Position numbers and translations under genes: made by a program
The notes under the pieces: model-generated
The model's input: only the letters and a program-made list of their open reading frames with translations
What the model was told of the DNA's origin: nothing
The model's database searches: none
In this document: in pieces, positions 58,597 to 64,000 of the stretch
Layout of the letters: each line of letters begins with the position of its first letter
Numbering within the stretch: position 1 is the stretch's first letter
Origin: Camelus ferus
Lineage: Eukaryota
Assembly: GCF_009834535.1 (NCBI RefSeq)
Contig: NC_045697.1
Coordinates: 8,742,001 to 8,806,000 of the forward strand
Direction: 5' to 3'
Length of the DNA: 64,000 nt

Positions 58597-61500
58597 CTAT
58601 GTCATGCAAATTTTCTTCAGATGAAACACTGACTTCAAGGCCTCCTTCTTCCTGGAAGGACTTCTTCATGCTGTTACCATCTCCCGTGTGCTCAGGGTAT
58701 GCCGGAACGGTCCCTTCGCCACTGGGATCACTCTTGAAAGTCAAGTCCTGTTCGCACTTAGGAGCCAAGAGAGCTTCGTCATAGGTAGCTGTAAGGACTG
58801 CCGTGTGGGAAGGAGCAATTTCGGATTCTTGGCCATTAATACATTCGGTGGTGGGGGCTGTCAAGTTGCCCTCAGGCCCCCACTGGTCAGGAGGAAGAGA
58901 GGATGTGTCATCAGCTTTTCCAGCACCGGTATTTACTGCACGGCGAACACTGATGGGGGAGTCCTCGGCGGCCTGCTCTGGTCCTCGCAGGTCGACAGGC
59001 AGGTCTGCACCCCTCTCCAAGCCCCTCCCTGCTGAACAGCTTGCCGGAGTACTGTCCCCTGAGGTCCCTGCCTCGGGGCTTTCATGTTCTCTCTGAGCTT
59101 TGCCCAGACAGCAGGCTTCCCTTTCTTTGGTGCCAGGCCTCTCTTTCTCTGGTGCACACACAGCACCGGCAAAGCACATGCTGACTGACACCCTGTCGTG
59201 CTCTTCCCAGGTGCCCACTGCCACCACGGGGCCCGCTTCTTTTCCTCCTGTGGATGGCCCGGGACACTGACAGTGGTGCTCAGGCATGAGGCTGGGCCTA
59301 GGGACCTCACACTTGCGCACCTTTGCGGCTGACAGGTCGTCTCTGCCTTCTGGGGGGCCTGCAGTCGGCTGAGCCTCTTCGTGCCTGTCTGGACCCGTGG
59401 CGGCCAGCACACATTCAGCTGTGCTGGTGGAGATGAGGGCAGCATCGCCCGGGTCCTCCACCCCCGCGAGAGCCGTCTGATCGTCCCGGGGGGCGGCGCC
59501 CATCATGACCGCTTCCCGTCCTTCAGAGGTGCTGGTGGAAATCATGGCGGCGTCACTCATCTCCTCCGCCGGCGTGACCGAGGGACAGACCTCCTCCCGA
59601 GGGACGGCACTGGACACTGGGCCGTCGCAGTCCTCCACGGAGCTCGTGGAGATGACAGCGCTCCCGTCCTTCTCTTCCAGGCCCGGCACGGCCGCCCCGG
59701 AGCCGGACGCCTCACACTCTTCTGCGATGCTGGTGGAAATGAGGGCGCATTCGTCCTTCTCCTCCTTGCTGGTTGAAGCCAGGGGACTTTCGACTTCTGT
59801 GGGTGCACTGGGCATGGGCACCTCGAAGTCATCGGCGCGCACCAGGCTCGGCCCTCTCGCTCTTTCTTCAACCGCTGGGGCGGGCGGCTGGCTTTCGGAG
59901 CGCTGGATGGTTGTCGCGCTGGAAATGGGCACTTCGAGCTCCTCCCCTATGCTTGTGGAAATCATGGCGCACTCGTCTTTCTCCTCGCCTCTAGGAGCAG
60001 CGGGCTGGCTCTCATCTCCTGCAACAGCGCTGGGCATGGGGGCCTCGAATCCCTCCACGTTCACTCTGGTGCCGTCGGCGATTTGTTCGGTCCTCAGAAC
60101 ACGCGCGTGACCTTCCTCCACGTCTACAGCCGGGCTTAACTGCGCGGTGTAACCATGCGTGGTACTGGTGGAAATCGCCAAGCCTTTGCCTTCGCTTTCG
60201 CCCCTTGCTGAACAGGTCTGGTTGGCAAGGCTGTCGCTGGCCGTGGTGGCCATGAGGCCGTCGCAGTCTTCATTGTCCACAGAGGTGATGACACCCTCAT
60301 CTTCTTTCTCGCTCGGCGATGTGTGATGAGCTTCGTACTCTGGGACGGCCCCGGATACGAGTCCCTCATAACTGCCCCCGGCCAGGCCAGTGGAAATAGT
60401 GGTCTCGTCAACCTTTTCCTTTCTGGTGACCTGCCCGCCACTTTGACCTGAAGCTGCACTGGTCATGGGAACCTCACAACCTTCACGAACTAGTGCCGCT
60501 TCGCCCTGGCCTGCGGCTGCACTGGTCACGCTGCTTTCCACGACGCCTTTTGCACTGGAGCAGATCTCTGGATCTTTGCTTCCCTTCCCAGCACCGCTCA
60601 CGCTGTCAATGTTACTTTCGGTTGCGTTTGGGACGGCTGCTCCGGCCTCAGCTTCCACACGCCCCGCCGCGGTACCAACCCGACTGTCCCCCTCCTCTGC
60701 ACTCTCGCACACTGCTGCCCCGTCGCCTTCCTCTTCCATCCCCGCGCACATCGACGCGTGCCCGACTTCATTTCCTCTGCCGGTACTGGTCACCACGCCC
60801 TCCCCTTCCTCGTCCTCCTCCTTCGCGCCGGTGCTGGTCACAACGCCTTCGTCGTCGCACGGGCCGGCAGCGACTACCGGGGCGTCAGCGACGTCTTTAG
60901 CTACCGTGCTGTCCATGGCACTTTCTCCGCCTTCTTCTGATTCGGAACTTAGAGCAAAGCCTTCGCTGCTCTCTTCCGAACCTGTGCAGCTTGCCGGCCC
61001 CTCTCCATCCTCTTCCGTGATCCCGGTGCTGGTGACAGCGCTGTCACCTTCCAGCCCGTCGTTCACAGAACCGCCTCCCTCCTGGGCGGCACTGGCTCCT
61101 GCTGGTGCGTCATTGCCCAAGGGGACTACAGGGGCACCGGTGACCCCGCGCTCTTCCTGTGGCCCCACATCAGTTACCGAGCACAGGACAAAGCTGTCAC
61201 TTGTCCTCTCTGCCCCCGTACATGTCACAACCCCCTCAGTTTCTTTCTTGGGGCCCATTCTCGTCGTATTTCTCCGGAATCCATCTCCCTCTCCGCTGCC
61301 CAGGGACCCCTCTCTGATTTCTGTCCCAGCACTCGTCACCGCCCCGTCACTTTCCCCCTCACTAATAAAAGCGACGGTCCCTTCCGCCAGTTCTGAGTCT
61401 CTGCTTGAAGAGCCATCACACTTCCCTTCCAAGCCTGCACTGGTCACAGCGTCGTCCTTCTCTTCCGTCGCCCCGCTGTTGACATCGTCTTCAGTCGTGC

Positions 61501-64000
61501 CGGCGGGAGTCGTCACCGGCTCTGTTGCTCTCTCTTCAGGCCCCACCACGGCGCACTCCCCACTTTCTCCTTCCTTGGTGCTGGTAAGGAAAGTTTCACT
61601 TTCAGCAAATCCTTCCGTGACCACGGCGCCACCTTCTTCAGCTGCGGCAAAGACAGTGCCTTCGCTGGCTTCCGCCCCGACGTGAAGAGGGTTGTCCCCA
61701 GAGCGCATACCGGTCGTGAAGCCTTCGTCCGCCTCGATACTTGTGCAGGGCACGGCCGCCTCGCCCTCCCCCATTTCTGAAGACGTGGTGGTGGCATCAC
61801 CTGCCTTTACGGGGCTTAAGGGAACACCCCTGTCCTCCCCTCCAGCACTGGGGGCAGCAGAAGCCTGTTCTGCTCTAGCAGACCCCGTTGTTGCATCGTT
61901 AGCATTCCCACTCCCTCGGTGGAGAACAGAGGACACAGCGTTCCTCCCAGCACTGGTGTCCACCTCACTGTTTTCGCTCCTTCTTTCAACATCAGCTGAC
62001 GTGTTTTCTATTTCACCTGGGCCTCTGCTATGCTCAAGCCCAGAAGTTTCCGCATCTTTTCCTGTGCTCACGCCTACCGTATGAGCGACAGCAATGCCGT
62101 CTTTTCTGCCATTTTCTATGGGAGCTCTAACTGTCTGCTTTGAACTGGGCCCTGTGTTCGTGTCACCCTCTTTCCTGGCCGTGTCCATTGAGCCTCCTTC
62201 TTTGTGAACGTTCTCATTTTCCACAGTCATGTCTGCTGACTCACTACCAAGAGGCACGTTCACTTTCCCTTGTTTGCTGTGTGGCATGGTGGCCTGGGGA
62301 CCTTCTGGGATGTGTCTTCTGCTCCCTGCGCTGGCTTTGGCTGCCTTATCTACTGTGGAAATGGCATCACCCGGTTTGCTGTCACATGCCCTGGGGACCT
62401 GTGACTCTCCAGCAGCCAGACTTGGGTTAGGGGTCTCAGAGCGGCCCACAAGTGAGGTGCTGGCTGGGCCTCCTTCCCCAGCAGTTCTCTTCTCAACCAC
62501 AGGAATTACACTTGGATCATGGGACTGCTTCTGAGGTGCAAATGTCATGGGGCTTAAGGATGGGGAAGGGTCTAAATCTGTGGGACATTCAGGAGCTGTG
62601 TCTCCTTGAACAACACACTGCTCACTGGGTCTGGTGGTGTTTTTCAGATTCTTTTGTGCCCTGCAACTTTCTGGGGCCTGGGGTAACAGTCGATGACTAG
62701 TTTCTGAGTCTACGTTCATCTCACGAGCTCCTTGCTGAGTGTATTCTTTCTCCCCTGGGTTCGGTTTGGACACAGTGCTTTGGAGATGCACTTTCTTGGT
62801 CAGGATGCTTTTGTGGTCAGCGTGCTTTTCAGAATTACCAATGGCTCCTGTTCCACGTCCTGATTTACAGGCCAGGGCTGCTGTTTTTGAATCTACCATA
62901 GAAGTTCTTAACTCATCCTTTATAACTGTCGTGGCAGCCTTCTGTTTCGTAACATTTTCCGAGTCGATGTCTTGCTGAGGACTGTTGCTGCTGCTGTCTT
63001 GGGTTTTAGATATCTCCAGTGCATTTTCCATGGCTGGCTCTGGATCAACTTCCATTGGCTCCTGTTCAGGCATCAAGGTGGGATCACTGCATTTTTTGGG
63101 TTTCTGAAGGAAGGAACTGCTGGGAGTGCCCAGAGGGTTTGCTGCTGGCTTTTCCTCTCCTTTGGTCATTTCTTGGGATAAGCTCCCTCTTCGATTTTCA
63201 CACAACCTTCTACTTAATTTTTTCTCCATGACTGAACTATTTCCTCTGGCCTTTTCATGATTACTGTCAACTTCTTTCCCATCCCTGTCTTCTGATTTAC
63301 TTTCTGATTTATTTTCTTCCTTCTTTTTCACATCCTTACTACTGTGCTTCAAGCTTCTGCTTTTGTGACCATCTGATAACCTCCTCTCAAGTCTGGTGGC
63401 ACTTGAATCTTTCTCACCCTTGTATTTCTCCTTTGCTGGCGGTACCTTAGCTCGGTGACTAGACTCTTTCTGGGCACCATGTGCTGAAGAAGCAGGGCTC
63501 TCTGACGCAGGCTCAGCGCCACCTTCCTCAGCGGGTCTGTCTTCAGCTTTGGACTTCCGCTGCCTCTCTGGGTCACCTTCTTCTGTGTTCTTCTCCTTAT
63601 CTGCTTTTGGAGTGGTTGCCTGTTTTGTGACATTTTCCTGCAATTCTGTTTCAACCACTTTTAACGGTTTACCCTGGCTTTTGGATTTAGACTTTAATAC
63701 AAGTTTCTCTTCTAACAAGCTCTTGGTTCTTCGCCTCTCCTTGTGAACAACCTCTTCTGGCTTTGAATTACTGTCCATACTCGTCGATTCTGTGTCACAC
63801 TTATCCTCTGAATAACTTTCACTTCTTCTCTGTAATGTGATTCCATGTTGCTTGGACCCCAGAGAATCTTTCTGAATTTTAGAATCACTTGATCTTCTTG
63901 ATTTGTGCTCTGACTTAGTTTTCTCGGCTGACAAGTATCTCTCTTTTTTGCTGTTTTCTTTACGAATGTTCTCATCGGTTTTTATAATATATTCAGAGAC
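58597..64000 (-). CDS. BOD1L1: BOD1L1 giant exon (exon 10 by analogy to human), 5' part outside the window
   Basis: Frame is open from 64000 (VSEYIIKTDENIRKENSKKERYLSAEK...) through the 1783-aa ORF. Protein is recognisable as BOD1L1. Donor ATAG|GTGAGA at 58596; the ORF-track tail ENL-stop is intron. Confidence 0.96.

Noticed and set aside
59505-62084. Long antisense ORFs (201, 406 and 130 aa) in one plus-strand frame over the BOD1L1 giant exon
   Set aside because: In this register a stop needs the sense frame to have Y-TA (before Tyr) or T-CA (before His/Gln). Those residues are scarce here, so the frame stays open passively. The products are low-complexity S/T/P/A mirrors. Reconsider only if an antisense promoter is shown.

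Overview
Mammalian genomic window, most likely a camelid: the tRNA-derived SINE at 33.7 kb and the L1 3' ends resemble camelid families as I recall them, but I cannot determine the species. It holds two minus-strand genes. NKX3-2/BAPX1 is complete (2 coding exons, 330 aa, CDS 22055-21590 + 20121-19595). The 3' part of BOD1L1 is present as >=5.4 kb of the giant exon, which runs off the window end, plus 16 small exons that I spliced by hand at GT-AG sites in one continuous frame to the stop at 36737. Bases 1-27.8 kb form a CpG-island-studded domain with no recognisable young repeats, ending near a strong CTCF motif; young L1/SINE copies start right after it. There are two assembly gaps (7578-7797, 28220-28649). 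I found no new protein-coding system; the other ORFs in the track look like GC-content or antisense shadows. The most unusual signal is architectural: 15 consecutive BOD1L1 introns alternate phase 1/0 strictly, and exons 13-24 look like a triplicated four-exon module, each copy ending in an AT-hook-like exon. The giant exon also hides a degenerate Thr/Ser motif array with a 222-bp internal duplication. Exon numbers and all comparisons with human are from memory and need database confirmation; repeat and CpG-island boundaries are approximate.
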